From: Orbicella franksi
Lineage: Eukaryota
NCBI GenBank assembly: GCA_964199315.1
Contig: OZ116702.1
Span: 21,266,001-21,330,000, forward strand
Length of the DNA: 64,000 nucleotides
Direction of reading: 5' to 3'
Part shown: positions 47,001 through 62,000 of the stretch, in pieces
How positions within the stretch are numbered: the stretch's first letter is position 1
Layout: each line of letters starts with the position of its first letter
The notes under the pieces: model-generated
The model's input: only the letters and a program-made list of their open reading frames with translations
The model's database searches: none
Told to the model about the DNA's origin: nothing
Made by a program: the position numbers and the translations under genes

Positions 47001-50000
47001 TTCAGAGGACGTTGTGCCATTAACCATAATTGTGAGAGTCAAAAGGAAATACAAATTGACGGAAAAATTTAACACTGAAGAAGTTGCTTGTTCTGAAAGT
47101 ATGTTTGTCTCAGCGATTACTTTAACTTTTCACACTAATTTCTTAGATATTGGATTAATGTAAAGCTCTCGAGCTTATTTTTATGAATGACGAGGCAATG
47201 TTAATAAAACTAGCCTTGACCACCTCGAAGAACTATTAGTGCATTATACTTCATTTCAGTGAGACAAAGATTCGTTGACATTTTGCTGACTGTTCAAAAT
47301 GACCTGTTAGCAATCGTCTTTTAAATGGAAATCCTTAGCTAAATAAGCTTTTGTTTCTTGGGTTTATGCTACAGAGTCCAACAGACTATGTTTTTTCCTC
47401 ACCAGCCCACGGTTATGAGACATTTTTTATGTACTTATGATCACATCGAAAATCACGGACGGAATGTGGGTGTGTTAAACTATCAAGCAGTTTCTATCCA
47501 TTTAAACAATATGTTATTTTGTTTTATTTCCTTCCTTTTTTTAATTAATTGCTTTGTAGCTTAATTTTAATGCATGTAACGTTAAGAAAGGAAGCAGTAG
47601 TTAAGAAAAGTATTTTTGCGACCTGGAACAATGCTAAAAGTAGTCTTTACGATATTGGCAGAGGATATTGTACTTCAATCGATATCGACGTCTTGAAAAA
47701 TCTTTTTGATTGAAAACCAAAATGAAAAGTAAATCTCTATTGAATTGCTATTTGCTTACGGAGAGCTTATCACTTGTACGTGACAAAGTCACATAACTTG
47801 TTGACATAAAATAAAACCAAACAAGTTCAGTTCGAAAAAAACAAGACTCCATGTTGTGTTCCATTGGGAACCATTGACGTCAATCGGAAATGAAACTACA
47901 AATCGCCTTACGAATATTTACAACATTTTTAATTATGAAAAAGCGTGGCATCGTTGTTTTCTTTTGATGGGGTAATGCATTTCAAACCATACCTCTACTT
48001 TAGGAACACTCATTACTTGTGATCAAATGGTTTAACAAAACTCTAAGACTAATAAACCGGTGTGACTTCCTGATTTCAGCTTCACAAAGTCATGTGTAGT
48101 GACGTAATTGTTAGGAACAGGTCATTGCAAAGAGAAGAAATTTTCCACAATCATTTGACTTGTTTTCTAACGATCAACAAATTTTTGATGACCGCAAAGT
48201 TATGTATTGTGAACGAAGGAAACCGGTTACGTGTTACAAACATAGCACTGAACATTTTAGTGACAGCGGGAAATTCATTTATGAAATGAAATGTGACGTC
48301 ACGTTGATTGCTGTGACCTTCGGTTTGCCGTCTAACAAGAAAGCCGCGGAGGCGTGAAAATTACGCCCCCGGCTCTATAAGAATGTTTTGAAGCTTGTTA
48401 TTTCCCACTAATCAATTATACATAAAGACATTTGAACACACTTAACAACGTTCAAGCTATAAGACCCGGGGTGACGGTTCTTCCACCAGGGTGAATTTGT
48501 TATCGCAGGCACAAGAGTAAACTCTTTCAATCTTTATCCCCGGGTAATCCCGCGCTGGTACTACAAACATATGTGTCGTTGAAAGGGTTCGGGGTTTGAC
48601 GAAAGCTTCCACCTTTTCCACCTTGCATGGAAAGAGTGTTTCTTTTTTATTCTTTTAAAAGATCAAAATATACCGGAAATTGAAATTTTTTGGCCTCTCG
48701 TTTTATATAACAATTACAAAGTGTTAATTCATCACCAAAACGGCAACTGAATGGATGTTAAAAGCTGCTTGGTAACTCAACGATCTCAGTGATGTACCTC
48801 TGCTATCCGGATTTTTTACAACGTGCACACTCCCCTGTACTTGTATAGCCAGAGAACGAGTAACCATAGTAACACTCCAGCAATAATATATATCAAACCC
48901 CCATCAAAAATCGACACTGTCCACAATGTTCCACTGAGTTCGACAGAAAGGGGTTATCTTTCTTCATTCAATGAGAGGCGTAATCCCTTGTTAGGTTAAC
49001 TTTACGATAAAGCAAAGCTAAACTGATTGACAGAGCAGCTCCACAATTTGCGAGAGGGAAGGAACTTCTGTTGTTGTTTCACTCAGTCAAAGCAAAGTCC
49101 TTTCTTTCCTAACCCCAAGTATAACCCAAACTTAATAGGAATCTTTAAATGGTGCATATATACCCCTGTATAACTTGCCCTGACAGTTTATTTTCCAGTC
49201 AATACGTTATTCCTTAGAGTTTGTGCCCTATTTCAAGTGTTCATGACTTCCCTGATGTAATTTGTTATGCCACAGTTAAGTCTCCTTCATCATAGCGACT
49301 TCATGACATTCGGTAATGTTTATTCGTTTGTTCCTGCTTTGTCATTTTATTGTGCTGTTCACACTAGGGACATAAAACATTAGCATGAGGCTTGTCGTCA
49401 TGTCGTTGGTGTGAACTGGGCCTTCGAAAAAAATTTCTGCTGAGCATTCATTTTAGCTGGACAAAGGTTCTGTCTTATTTTCACTCGGAGTTTTGTTTCG
49501 TTCTGTTTTCTTTTAAATTTTTTTCATTTAACATTGAGCCAATCGTGTCATGACTTAAATATTCATAATGCCTTTTTGCCAACCGGATGGAAATCTCTTT
49601 TGTTTTGTCGTCGGCGTCGTTGTTGTTGTTGTTGTTCAATTCGTCGTTGTGTAAAAGAACTTTGCATTACTATTCATATCATTTTTCATCCCTTGATCAT
49701 CCCACTGTCATTTCCGGAACTCTTTTTTTCTGACAATGCTCCACCATGATGTTTCTGTACATCTCCCATCAAAGCAAAAATCGTAGGACAATTGTTTTCA
49801 AAGCTGTCTGTCTAGCTTAAGTAATAAATAATGTAAACCTTCCTGTTATGTTTTCTGTTAAAACTTTGCCCCATTTCCCTCAATTACAAAAGGTTTGTGG
49901 TTTCCTTTTTGTCCACGTGACCAATATTTGTGGGTTACCTAGGCAACAAACGTTAACTTTAAGGTGGTTAAATTGCTTTGGGAAAAAAAATAAAATGTAT

Positions 50001-53000
50001 AACCCACTGGAAGCTACTGGACGAATCAAACCTGATAGCCAGTGTCTACTCACTAGTAGAATAAGCGTAACTGCCGAAAGAACATTATTGTGTCATTCAA
50101 GGTCACAAGTTATTAAGAGTCGTTGCGATTTCGGAAATCTTCGGCTCTGTTCATAACACACTCGAGCTGTCACGAATGAGTTGCTTGAAACAAAACAGTT
50201 ATTCTGGTTTTTACGATCAAGTTTCGTCAGCCGCCAACTTTAATTTGTTCGTTCGACCTTCGGGTGACGTCGGTTCAAATCGTAAATTGGGCTTCCGCCA
50301 TTTTGTGAGTTATTTGACGCAGAACGACTGCATCTTACACGAAACAATTCAGAAGAACAATAGACTTTGGCGCAATATATTATTGGCCTCTCGAGATTGT
50401 ATCTTAATGAGATCAGAAACAAAGGAATAAACTGAAAATAAATCAAATAGAAACTTATGACGTCAAAGATGATGACATCCACCCACCCTATTAGCAGCCT
50501 TTCTTGTGCGAAATATAAAATGGTTCTCACCAAGTTGTTGCCATAATAACTCTGAACAGCGAGATGTCAACTAGTGCCCGTTATAGAACAACCGATCACA
50601 GCACTATTGCTTAGGACAAGAGGATTTCAAAAGAATATTTACAGCTATTCAAAAGGTACGAACTCATGCATTAACTCATAAATATCATTTACATTTTATA
50701 GTTCTAAGCAAACTACACGAACAAAGTTGGATAGCCTCATTGGATTTCCAACACGGACAAAGTTGGATAACTCTATGGTGTTTCTTAGATGTTTTATAGA
50801 CAATAGGGTCGTGAGATATTTAAACATCGGGTAGATATTTTAATCCCTTTATTAGCTCTTGTCATCGCGTGCAGTGTCAATTCAGTCGTAAAGCGCTCAT
50901 TTGTGACAGTAAATGGCACGCGTTATCCATACAGCTGCACATGAGGTCGACCTTTTCAAAATCCTAGATAAATATTTCTGGTGAAAAAGATCAAACGTTT
51001 AGAAAGCTCGTTGAGGTCTTCGTCGAAACAAACGAACCAAAGGCAGACACAGCGTTCCAGCAATTTCCAGCTTGTTGCAGAAGCAGAGCAGAAATAAATG
51101 GAAAACTCTCTACTATAAAGTCAGTATTCGTCAATGGCTACCACAACCGATTTTAAATCAGTTATAGGACAATAATTTGCCTTTTTAGCCAAGTTCATTT
51201 ATACACAGTTTTAGTAAGAATTTCTTTCTAAGTATGAAACACACTGTTCAAGGATAATCACTGCTTAGGTTTATAAAGTCCTTTTTTAATATTGAGAATT
51301 AATCATTGAAAGTTACTGACAGTCAAGTGAATTGCCACTTTTAACAACAATCAGAAACTAACTGTTTGCTTCCTAGAGCCGGATTTATTAACTCATCTAC
51401 AAAATAAGAAACTTTGTTGCAATCACTTTGGCTTTCCGCTTGTTGCACGGTCTGTTCAGTGAGGTAGTCAGTTTTCATGCTACATTTCACTCACGCGATG
51501 TTCTCACTTTGATGAGTCATGTAGTACAAAGTCTTCCGGTTGTTTATTGTGTGAGAAAAGTCGCAGTTGGTCTCTATTTACGACTACTGAGGTAACCCTT
51601 TATTAGCTCTTAGGACAGGTAATTCGCGATGTTTTGTTCTAAAAGTTTTTCACGCGTCTGGCGAACGTAAAATTTAACCATAACGAAAATACTCAATGGT
51701 CATGTGAGTGTCTTGTTATCAGATGATAACATACTGTGGACCGTTTCATCACACCCGAGTGTTCGTCAAATCAGATCATGTTGAATAATTTGTCTGTCCT
51801 TGCTGATGGTAAAAAAATATTGTCGACGCGGTCTTTTTTATTAATATTCGTTCGTCTGATAGGCGGTGACGTTGACTAGAAAACACTTCCGTAATAGTCT
51901 TCTAGCGCTTTTTTACCTAATTTTCCTCAAGAAACATTTTTGGCAATACTCAACTGCTCAAATTATAACTTGCTTAGAGAGTTCAAATATCTTGTGTTAA
52001 AATTGAAGGTTTATAACACATATTGACAAATATCGATTTACAACGGCGGAAATGCTTTCCGTTATTTTCGATTATGTTTCCGTGGAAACTATAGTGCTGA
52101 CGAATGCTTAGTTGTGTGACGCTGTCAAAGGCTATTACAGTTTACTTACGACAGGATAAACTAGATTTCGCAGGATACAATACAAGTTTTCGCATTCTTT
52201 GTAATAGGCGGTATAAAACTTACAATAAAGAGCTACAGCTTGCTATAGTATCCAGTAAGTTCGCTTCACGCAATAATGCTTTTTATTTTTCAATGTTTTT
52301 ACAAATTTTATTGACTGTTTACTTGATTCAGAATTGGGGAATAGATTTGTTGGACTACAAAACTGAAGAATAGCTATTTTCATGAAATAAATAAAGAAAC
52401 TTGAACTTAAACTTGAACTTGCACTAACCATTCGAAGGCAGTTGCCCACGATCAATAAGATGAACCCATATTTTATTCGTCTTCGTCTTTAAAAACAATA
52501 CCACTATTTATAGTCAGAGTGCGAAGGTAAAATCCCGCTGAGAACAAAGAGATGCTTATTAAAAACATTTTTATAAAAGAGGCCGTTTAGAGTTATTGAT
52601 TTTCACTGAGCAATTTTAGGACCTAACTTTATTAAACGTTTACAAGCGGCCACGGGGTTCCACGTCAGTAAAACTGAAGAAGTTTGTTCCAACATACTCA
52701 AAACACTTCCTCCTTTTGCTCAGCAATACTTGAGTACAAGACGCCGGTTTTAAAATCACGCCTCGGAAACCGTCGTGGGTGAGGCTTTCACGAGAAACGG
52801 ACGTAAGTCTCTCTATATATAAAGTGTTCTCGAATAGAATTCTTAACCAAATACCACCCTTTATAAAGCTCATATTAAAGATTTGTTTGGAGTATTAACT
52901 GTGGAGCTGGCAATATACAGGGACAGTCACCGAGCATAATATACACAGTGGAACTAACTAACGCGTCAATTCAGTGATTGACTCTCTGAATGTTATAGCA

Positions 53001-56000
53001 TAGTTCGGTTTCGTACAAAATTACGTTCTTTCATAGCGAAATCTTTTCCAAATAAGAGGTAAGTGGATTTGAGAGGATTAAAGGGTAAAGAGGAAGGCAG
53101 AATAGAAGTTTGATACTTAAACATACAATTATTGAATTTTACAATTAAATCAAGTTTTACTTAGTATTACAAGGTCGTATGGAACGAAACAAAGCTTGAC
53201 GTAGCATAAGTACCCATTCTCGAAATATTTTTGTGAGATTGTCACGATTACAGAAAAATAAAGCAATAAGGACTAAACATCTTACGCATCAGGGACTACT
53301 AGAGTACAATTTGTCAAGTTTCCATTCCGCGTTCTAAGACTTCGTGCGGGATAAGTCAGGCTAATAGTGCTACGATAACCATTCACAACTATCATGCTTA
53401 TACCTGTTTTGTTGAAAAGCACCAATATTCCATTGGGCTTTATTTAGTCTTTTATTTTTAAAATCTACTATCGACGTTTGTTCGAATAATATTTGGTTTT
53501 TGTGGGAATCACTCTGGGGGCCGAAAATCTATTGCCCTTCATATAACAAGAGTTCGATGTCAATAGTTGAACGTTTTTCGCCGAAGGACATGCATTCGAG
53601 CGAAGTTACCGCAATCATTGGGGGATATGAAGGCAACGGAGATACTTTACTTATTTCTCTTTGTTTTAACACCTCAAATTGGGTAAATTTTCAAGTTTTG
53701 CCCATTTTCTGAGTGTGCGGTTGAAAATAACCTCTTGAACGAGAGTGACAGCTGATTCAATGTTCGTGGGCGTGATAAGACAAAACAAACCACACAAAGA
53801 GTGGGTTGAAAGCATCGTCCTCTTCAGCGTAGCACGATAATTGTTCAAATGAATGCCTTATTACACTAAACACGCAACAAGCAGTTGGTATTATAAAAAT
53901 AACACAAATAAATTGCTTAAAGGCAAGTGTTAAAAGAGTTACGTCAAGAACGAGGCATCTTAAAAATTTAAGTTTGTTTTTAGTTTTCCGGCTTCTGGAA
54001 CAATCTCTCTAAAATGTTAGCGTTCGTTTTTGGTGACCGCCTTGGCTCTTTGCTAAGTCTTTGGCGTTTTTCCATCTTAGTAAAGTGTTATCTTTAGGGT
54101 TCTCAATATTTATAAAAAATAAAAAATAAAAACACTTATAAAGAGCTAGAACAAGAATCTCTTTCGGCCATAGATAGTACTCATGACCTTAAAAGTGCTA
54201 CTTTAGATTGGACTTATGAAAGCTTCTCGTATTGTCTTAGTTTGGCAGCAATAGTATTTTTGTTAATACGTAATTCGCTTTCAAATTCACCCATATCATT
54301 TTGTTGAGTCAAGTGCGAAATGTAGTGATTCTATGAAGAGAAACGTCTTTCCCGACATCACAGGAGAAGATAAATTACCACGCCCACAGACGACAAATGA
54401 GCGCTACTTAAACTGTGGACACCATAGCGTACCTATGAGCGATGGAAAAAGCTTATCAGCTCCCAGTGTTTTTTTTTTTTTTCTCTCTCTCTTCCCAACG
54501 TTAGGGTAGGCTATTGCACAACAACAAGCTAATGGCCGCGTAATAGCAAAAAGGAAAAAAAGTTTGTTTTAAGGTCAAGAATAGAATCTGAATTCCAAAG
54601 TCTTGTGACACTAATTTGCAATTTATAGGACTACATTTGTGTCAGGGTGGAGCAATATATTCACTACAGGAGAGGTGTATTTTGAAATGTGTGGGCAATT
54701 TAGACTTTGCCTCTTCTTGCTGCGCCTGGAAACGTTTTTTTATTTAGCAGAGCCTTTCAGCCTAATTACTTTTTAACAAGATTTCCGCTTGTTTTGAAGA
54801 TCAAATAAATGTTCCATTTCGGCAAGTTTATTTTGCCGCGTGCCGATAGCTTGACCGATCGCCGATGCGAATCTCTGCGTGCCTATTGGTTCATTTTAAG
54901 TGATTGATACTTCAAGTTCTACAGCTTCTAATTGACTTTTTCGCCAGCACTTGCGGTGACGTAAGTGGAAAAGCCAGACAGTTGAAGTAGTGCGGTTTGC
55001 GAGGGTTTAGCTCCAAAATCACGGTAGCATCCACACCTTTTGATGAATCAGCCATACGCACGTTAGGGTCTAGGTCAACGTGAGCGTTTTCACGTTGTCC
55101 AGAGAGATTATACTCCAATCTATCTTTAGACGACACTCACTTTAAAAAGAAAAGCATTTACAAAATGGATTAGACACTGAGATCAACATTTAATCTCTGT
55201 CACTTCGATGTCTATAAGGAAATTCAAAATGTTTTGCAAATTGTACGTTCGTCTCGAGCCCATTCAAAGTGAGGGAGGTAAATATTACAAACGTTACAGC
55301 AATTCATTTTTAGAACAATAACTTTCCAAAAAAGCGTGCTTGAGGCAAACGTTTGCTCCGCTGGAAGCTTGCATTCCGCGCCTTAAAGCCACCGTAACGG
55401 CACGATCCTGAGACTACTTATGATTTCACCAATTTCAATGAGCGATAATTTACCGCAATCCACAAAATTGCTGTATATTATGTTCATTTTCTTTTTCAAT
55501 TCCACAAGATTGGGCTGCGTACAAAACCTTGTTACGCGTCAGCACTTTATTCTATATATATGGACATTTGAAGGAATATTTCTTGTGATTTTGTCTTTTG
55601 ACACTTCTATTGTTCTGTTGTCAATCAAGGCATTTTCCAATCAATTGATTAAGCCCTGGATATTTAACCAATTGTCACCGAGGGTATTATATTTTGCTTT
55701 TTTTTTTTTCTGCGTCCGTCACAAGACTACATAACTGTATTGCACCCGAGCTTGTCCCGGCAGACTTGGACACTCGAGAGTTGAATCATAACAGATCGAA
55801 ATTCTTTATCAAAAGTACTCTTAAACAAGTTATCAGCTGTATCTCAGGTGAACAAGCTCTCGAATTTTCTCTCCTAAGTTTGCAAGGCAAATCTGCGCAG
55901 TACAGTAAGACTCCATTAGTTTTCAGCGTCGTTTACTTACGTTGTTTTGCTTATGTTTCAGTAAACAGCAAAGATTGAATTGAGTTCGCGGCATTTTGTA

Positions 56001-56006
56001 AAACCA

Positions 56007-59000
56007 ATGCCGTCAGCAATGGAAACTCAGTGGTCTTCACCCAAGTTTATAACTTGCCCCGACTGCGGAGAAAGATACGACAATTCACACAAGAGAAGGC
56101 TCATTGATACCTGTGGACATCCACGATGCTATTCGTGTCTCTTTGTAGACAAACCTTGTCCACTGTGTCTGAGTGAGTATCAAGTGCAGACTGTTTGAAT
56201 TTCCTTGTTACTTTATGGAATCTGCGACTGTTGATTTACTCGGGTAGACTTCTTTCGAGCCGGTCGCTTTGCTGTATGGCGGATTAGTCTGGATCTCTTG
56301 TCTCCATTGTTCAAAGGTGCCATTTGCAATTGAATTGCTAAAACAAGCATGCAAGTTTAAGCAATCTAACATTTCTGATCTTCCATTAACGCAAAAAGTT
56401 AAACTGCATTTCAATTTTGAGTCGAAGTATTCTTGTAGTTTTTGTTTACTTGCATAATTTCCACCATCACTGTAGGGAAAAACAAGGTCAGGTTCATGGT
56501 TTCGCAGCCGTTTAGTCATTCAATAACATAAGCCACGCGTGATTGCTTGTTTCATTAGGTTCAGCTGAATTTTTCTTACTGCTAAGAAGAAAGACTGAGC
56601 GCTCTCAAACATTGTACATTCTTTATTCTTCCTGACATATCACACATAAGAAATCTACTTGAGTGCTTAAAGTTAACTCCAACAGACTAGAAGTAGAGCT
56701 AGAAACCAGCGGAACAGTCTGTCACGAGAAAAAAATCGAATAAGAGAACGTGTCAAATACTTTGCATTCCTGCTATGTTCTTTCAAAGTTTACAGAGTTC
56801 GATATTGTTATCATAAACTTCATTATGACGAAGTATAGCCCATGTTACGCTCAAGCGGCGGTCTCATAGGAAAAGCGAACAAGCCTTGAACAAAGATCAA
56901 TCAATGTGTTGTTGAAAACGTTACGTGACATTTCGTGTTGTAACGTTATGCTCCGCGAATCATTAAATTGTTTTACGTAAACTCTAACCACAATAACAGC
57001 TTCTAGAAGCCATCAAGACAAGGAAAGGTTGCAAATGTCGCAAACCGCAATAAACAGATTTCTTATCCACTCTTGGAGTTGTTTGTCAGCCGACAAATCG
57101 ATCGCGAAATGATGCAGGGTTTGTTTAGCTTCAAGAGACTTTCAACAACATTCGCGCATAACTTGGGCACTTTACAAACGCGACAAAATTCCTGCACGCG
57201 ATCGGTGGATTTTATATCCTGATGCGAGTCTCAAAAACGAACGTTTTACAACACAGTGGGAGACTAATTAAAAGGCATTCCTGGCTAGGAATGACGAGCG
57301 AGCATGTTGACAACTGCTAATTGATTCCTAAAAGGAATGTTATCACCTCTTTAGTTGTCGATAAAGAGAAAAGCACGAAAGATTAGCGCGTTGCCCTCTA
57401 TCGAAGAACAACTGGATGTTTTATTTTCATAGCGCATTATTAACGATTACTTGAAAATTATCACCAAGCATTTTTTTAAAGAGGAGGTCAACATCGATGT
57501 AATTCATTGTTCCTTGAAATTTCCGGCTTTAAGAAAATAAATTGCAATCCAGTCCTTCAAGATTACATAGTTAAGACCGCTTTAAATCTGAATAATCTTG
57601 TCAGAATACATGGCACAGACCCTAACCTTGGAGACAATTAGCTACCTCACATCCACTCTGCATTTCAAAACAAACCTGGAATGCTTGCAACGCAAAGTTC
57701 TTGAACTTTAGAAATAGACATAATAACGAAGGATGAATGTCTGCCAGTCAAATTCATTCAAAATTTAAACATTCAAAATTATTCTATTGTTAAAATCAAG
57801 AAAAGAAAGAATGAAGAGATCGCTTCCGCGTAGAGTCATCATTTTTTACAGTTTTTCTCATTTTGGCAAGCAGATAAAATAGTAAGTAAATAACCCACTA
57901 AGGAAGCTGAAATTTAGACCAAGAGTGCTGTATCAGCGAGAGACATAGGGTGTTTAGTTAGCCTGTGGAGCCTCTGTTAATGACACGAATTATTGCACGT
58001 TTGTTCCTCGGTTTTAAGAAATGACACGCAACCCTCACAGCGGGACACTGGTCTGCTAAGGAGATTCAGACACGTGCTCTCACCCAACTCAGTTTGCGTC
58101 CCCTCCATTGCCGCCAAATCTGGTTCTTTGGGTCTCTCGGGGAGAGAGAGACCCTGAGAACGAGGTTGTCCATTGCCTTTAAAAGCCTTAAAATTGAGCA
58201 GCACAAGCCAAGAAATGGAGTCAAAAAATAACCATATTTATTTAAAACTGCTCCATACCGCATTTCTTTGCACTATAGCTTCTAGTGCATGGTTGAGTAG
58301 CGACTAATGTGATAACGCCCACGAGTAGCGCGTGATTCGTTTCTCGCTCTTTATACACAGATTTAGTGCATTTCATGTCGCACGGGTTTCTTCTCAGCGT
58401 GTTGTACGTTACTATGTACACTACACGTGAACTTTGTCATTTACCACTGTGCTTTGTACCTAAATGTGTACTTTGAACGGTTTCTATAATCTTCCTTTTC
58501 GCTGGCTTGCATTTAGAACTTGTTTTGTTTTCTTTAATGTGAAACTAGAGGAAGACTTGAAGAAGTCTTATTACGTAGCTTCTTGTTATAGTTAAAAATT
58601 ACTCTTATTTGTTTTCTTTAACAGTTTGCCTGAGAAAATTCCAATAAAAATACTACACTTTTTCAAACCTTATGCTTTCAAGAGTATCTTGATCGAGTAC
58701 CGATTGAGTTCTATTCAGCTGATTAGCGAAATTATGGAGATATGAGACCTTCGAACGGAACTAGATTGAAATTCGAAATCGTACTTTACTCAATCTCGTA
58801 CTCACACTGTTATTATAAGGTCCCTCAAAACAAAACGACTATTCAACTCACACAAACAGAAACATTGTCAATGTGATTGAGTCCCTTGCAACATTTTTAA
58901 GTTATTTCTGTTTTTGTTGTTTTTTTGTCAACGCAGAACTTCCACAAGATCCCAAATCGCGTTCCAGTCAGTCGATTCAAACCGGGGGGTCTGGCTCCGA

Positions 59001-62000
59001 TGAATCCTTGAACACCTCAAGTAACACTCTGACATCCGGGAAACTAACCAAGGATCAAAGCTCTCTCTCACACCCAGACCTCAGTGAGATTCACAAGACC
59101 CGCGCGGCCACCTTACCTGCTCGTGGCTTCAGGACAGGTAAATACTCTGAACATTTATCCTATCACACCGGGACCATAAAATTTTAATTTTTGTGTTTGG
59201 CAATGTACAAACCTAAGAAGACGAAATGTATCTTGCACAACGAACTTAAGGATAGTTCAAAGACTATTTTGTCGAGGTAAACCTTTTGAGATTAAATTCT
59301 TTTGGGATTAAAATCCCAAAAGATTTTAAGCAATTTGTTGTCTACATAATAGCTATGTGTACGTGAAAGAGAGTAGCTCATTTAGAACAGTTATAAGTTG
59401 AATTTATGAAAAGATGTTATATAGGGTGAAAAAAGAACTGTCATCCATATTTTCAGTGTTTTTCGTTCTCAAAGATTGATCGATATTATCAGATTCTTAT
59501 TGAAAAAAAACAGACGGCCTGTCTCGCAGGGCCGACGGAAAAATGTCCGTATGTTCAAAACATATAATCAGTTCACTTCTGCCCGGAAATTGCCTTTCCC
59601 TGTTTCTTTTTTACCAGTTTGAGGGCGGCAAAACCCAGTTCAAAGAGAGAAAGTGCCTAACAATAACAAGACAAAAAACAACACATTCTATTGTTGTTTG
59701 GACAAAACGCGGTTTTAACTTTGTTGTTTTATTAAACGAACTAGTTAACTTATTTCCCGTGCAAAGCTTAAAAACAGAGCAGTCTCCCTCTTCTCTGCAA
59801 AAGAACTTGTCTATGATTCTTTCACTTTACTGCTTGAACTTTTGCAAGGTAACTCGTTTGATTGACGGATTGGAGGGTGAACCCAAACAGCATGACACTA
59901 CTGAGTAAACAATCCTTGTTTCCGACTGGTTCCCACGCCTAAAAACGCCCCGAGGCAGCATAAAATTTACCAAACACACTTGAAAAACAAGAAAGTGAGG
60001 CCAAGAAAAACAGAAACGTCAATCAGTTTGTCATTTCGAGAGGTTGTGTTAATAGCTTAGAAACGATTCCTTCCTTGGCTTCAGGAATGTAAACGAACCG
60101 TGCCTTTTGATTGCTTTGAAAGGACCAGACCGCATGATTTGGCATAATTAGATGTAATTTGTTTAATGAAGTCAAAAGCCTATTAATATCCTTAGTTCTC
60201 GAGGCGCTCAGTCATTACATCTCTATAAATAAGTGAGGGAGAGTCCTGAACTGACCTGTGGCACTGGATACATCACTATCACGCTTCGAGTCTCGTGTAC
60301 CACCCGCGAAAAGAAATCAATACAGCTACATGCCCATCGACGATTAATATCCAAGAGATCTACACTTCAATGCAAAATTCTAAAACCGCGCGGTGGATTA
60401 GAGAACGTGCCTCGGTTCAGTAGTCAATTTGCTACTGATTACTGTGGTCAAACGTCCGACGATTTAGCAATTGACTCGGCACTGCTCGTTTGTGAGAGAA
60501 GAAGAGCTGGTTGTAATTTCATTTAAGGTTTTGCTGTATTTACAATAGACTACAATAGCAACGAAGATTTGATGTCTTTGTACTCCACGACCACTGTGAA
60601 CCGACAAAAGATCATTGTTAGATGGTTTGATAATGTTAAAGGAGCAGCGAAGGTTGCAATATGTTGAAGTTTAAGCGAGTGAAACCGAAGTTTTCCGATC
60701 ACAATAACAACTTGGCCGTCAAGCCCGCCGTGGTCAGAGCAAGACTTATCCAAGGTTATCCTTTGAGATGTCTGTAGCGTCATTTGACAAACTAAACACC
60801 GCTACTAAAGTATTGCTACGTTGTGTGGTATATTGAAATCACTGATGTTGTTCTGTTTTCTTTCTCACAGATAACTACTTCAGGTCTCTGTATCGATACG
60901 ACCCTCACGCTACAGGTAAGTTTGTAAACTTTGTGTTGTTCCTCTTTTGTTTCTTGCGTCACTAAACTTTGATAGTTCGTATCGCACCGAGTTCCATGGC
61001 TTCCTTGTCGACCCTAACACTGGTGAGTTTCTTACCGGAAAGAAAGCATGCCTTCACGTATTGTTCCATTGAACTTCAGCAAAACTTCCTCGATAGTAAA
61101 GAATTATGGCACAGAAAATGGGAAATTGGTTTTATTTACACGTGGCAGAAGAGTTACTTTAACGAACTTTACCGAACTACGCAAAGCCGTTGGTTAAGAG
61201 TCTAAAGACGATATGAGCCTTTCAAACAGTTTTTCGCTAAGCATTACGTCGGAATTGTGAATGTTCACTTGAGGTCACTATCGATGGGTATTAGATTGCA
61301 AAAAATTTCCAAATGACGACAAATCGCTCTCCGGAAATCAACATAAGCGTGTTTTCACAAAACTAGCGACAACTCAAGAAATTTTAATCTTCTTTCCTGT
61401 TGTTATTTGCGACCCCATAATTTTGATTTGTTGATTCATAGTTTATATTCCGACAGGTTCTATTTTCTGTCTTAGCAGTTTGTGTTGCTTGAAAAGCGCA
61501 ATTTCCGACTTCAGTTTGCTAAAATAGTGATTATCTCAGGCTTGCCTTTCCTGTTTTCATTGTATCGTTTTAGGGATCGCAATTTGTCGAACCGTTTTTA
61601 ACTTTTGTTGGCTGATATATAGCAATTACATTGTGAAAACAACGCCGAGAACATCTAAGAACAAATTTAAACGATCAGAGATCGCTATTTTCAGGCGTAT
61701 GATCTGAAGGTAAACGTATTTAAGGCAATTTAGATCTGGGTATTTCTTAAGGTATTTCGTATGTAAGTTAATGGCATATTCTTCAATATGTCGGGGCCAA
61801 CAATATATTTTTTTCGTTGAAACGTTATGAAAGACGTGAGGCGTTTAATTCATAAAAATTTAATATATACAGTGTACAAGGCTAATATCAGTTTATTACG
61901 CCAACAGAAAACAGTGACCTTAGAGACCCAAAGAACAGGCACAGGAACGTTCAAAATTATCATAAATCGCTTGAGAACCTTTCAGACCAGTTTTGGAAAA

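Noticed and set aside
44100-55900. Numerous 60-105 aa ORFs in the intergenic stretch
   Set aside because: They show no motifs, no consistent splice chains, and lengths expected by chance.
60976-61022. 47-nt exon-like segment (tag|...|gtgagt) in the TANC-like gene
   Set aside because: It changes phase from 1 to 0 and leads to a stop in the 62968 exon; it is not needed for an intact frame.
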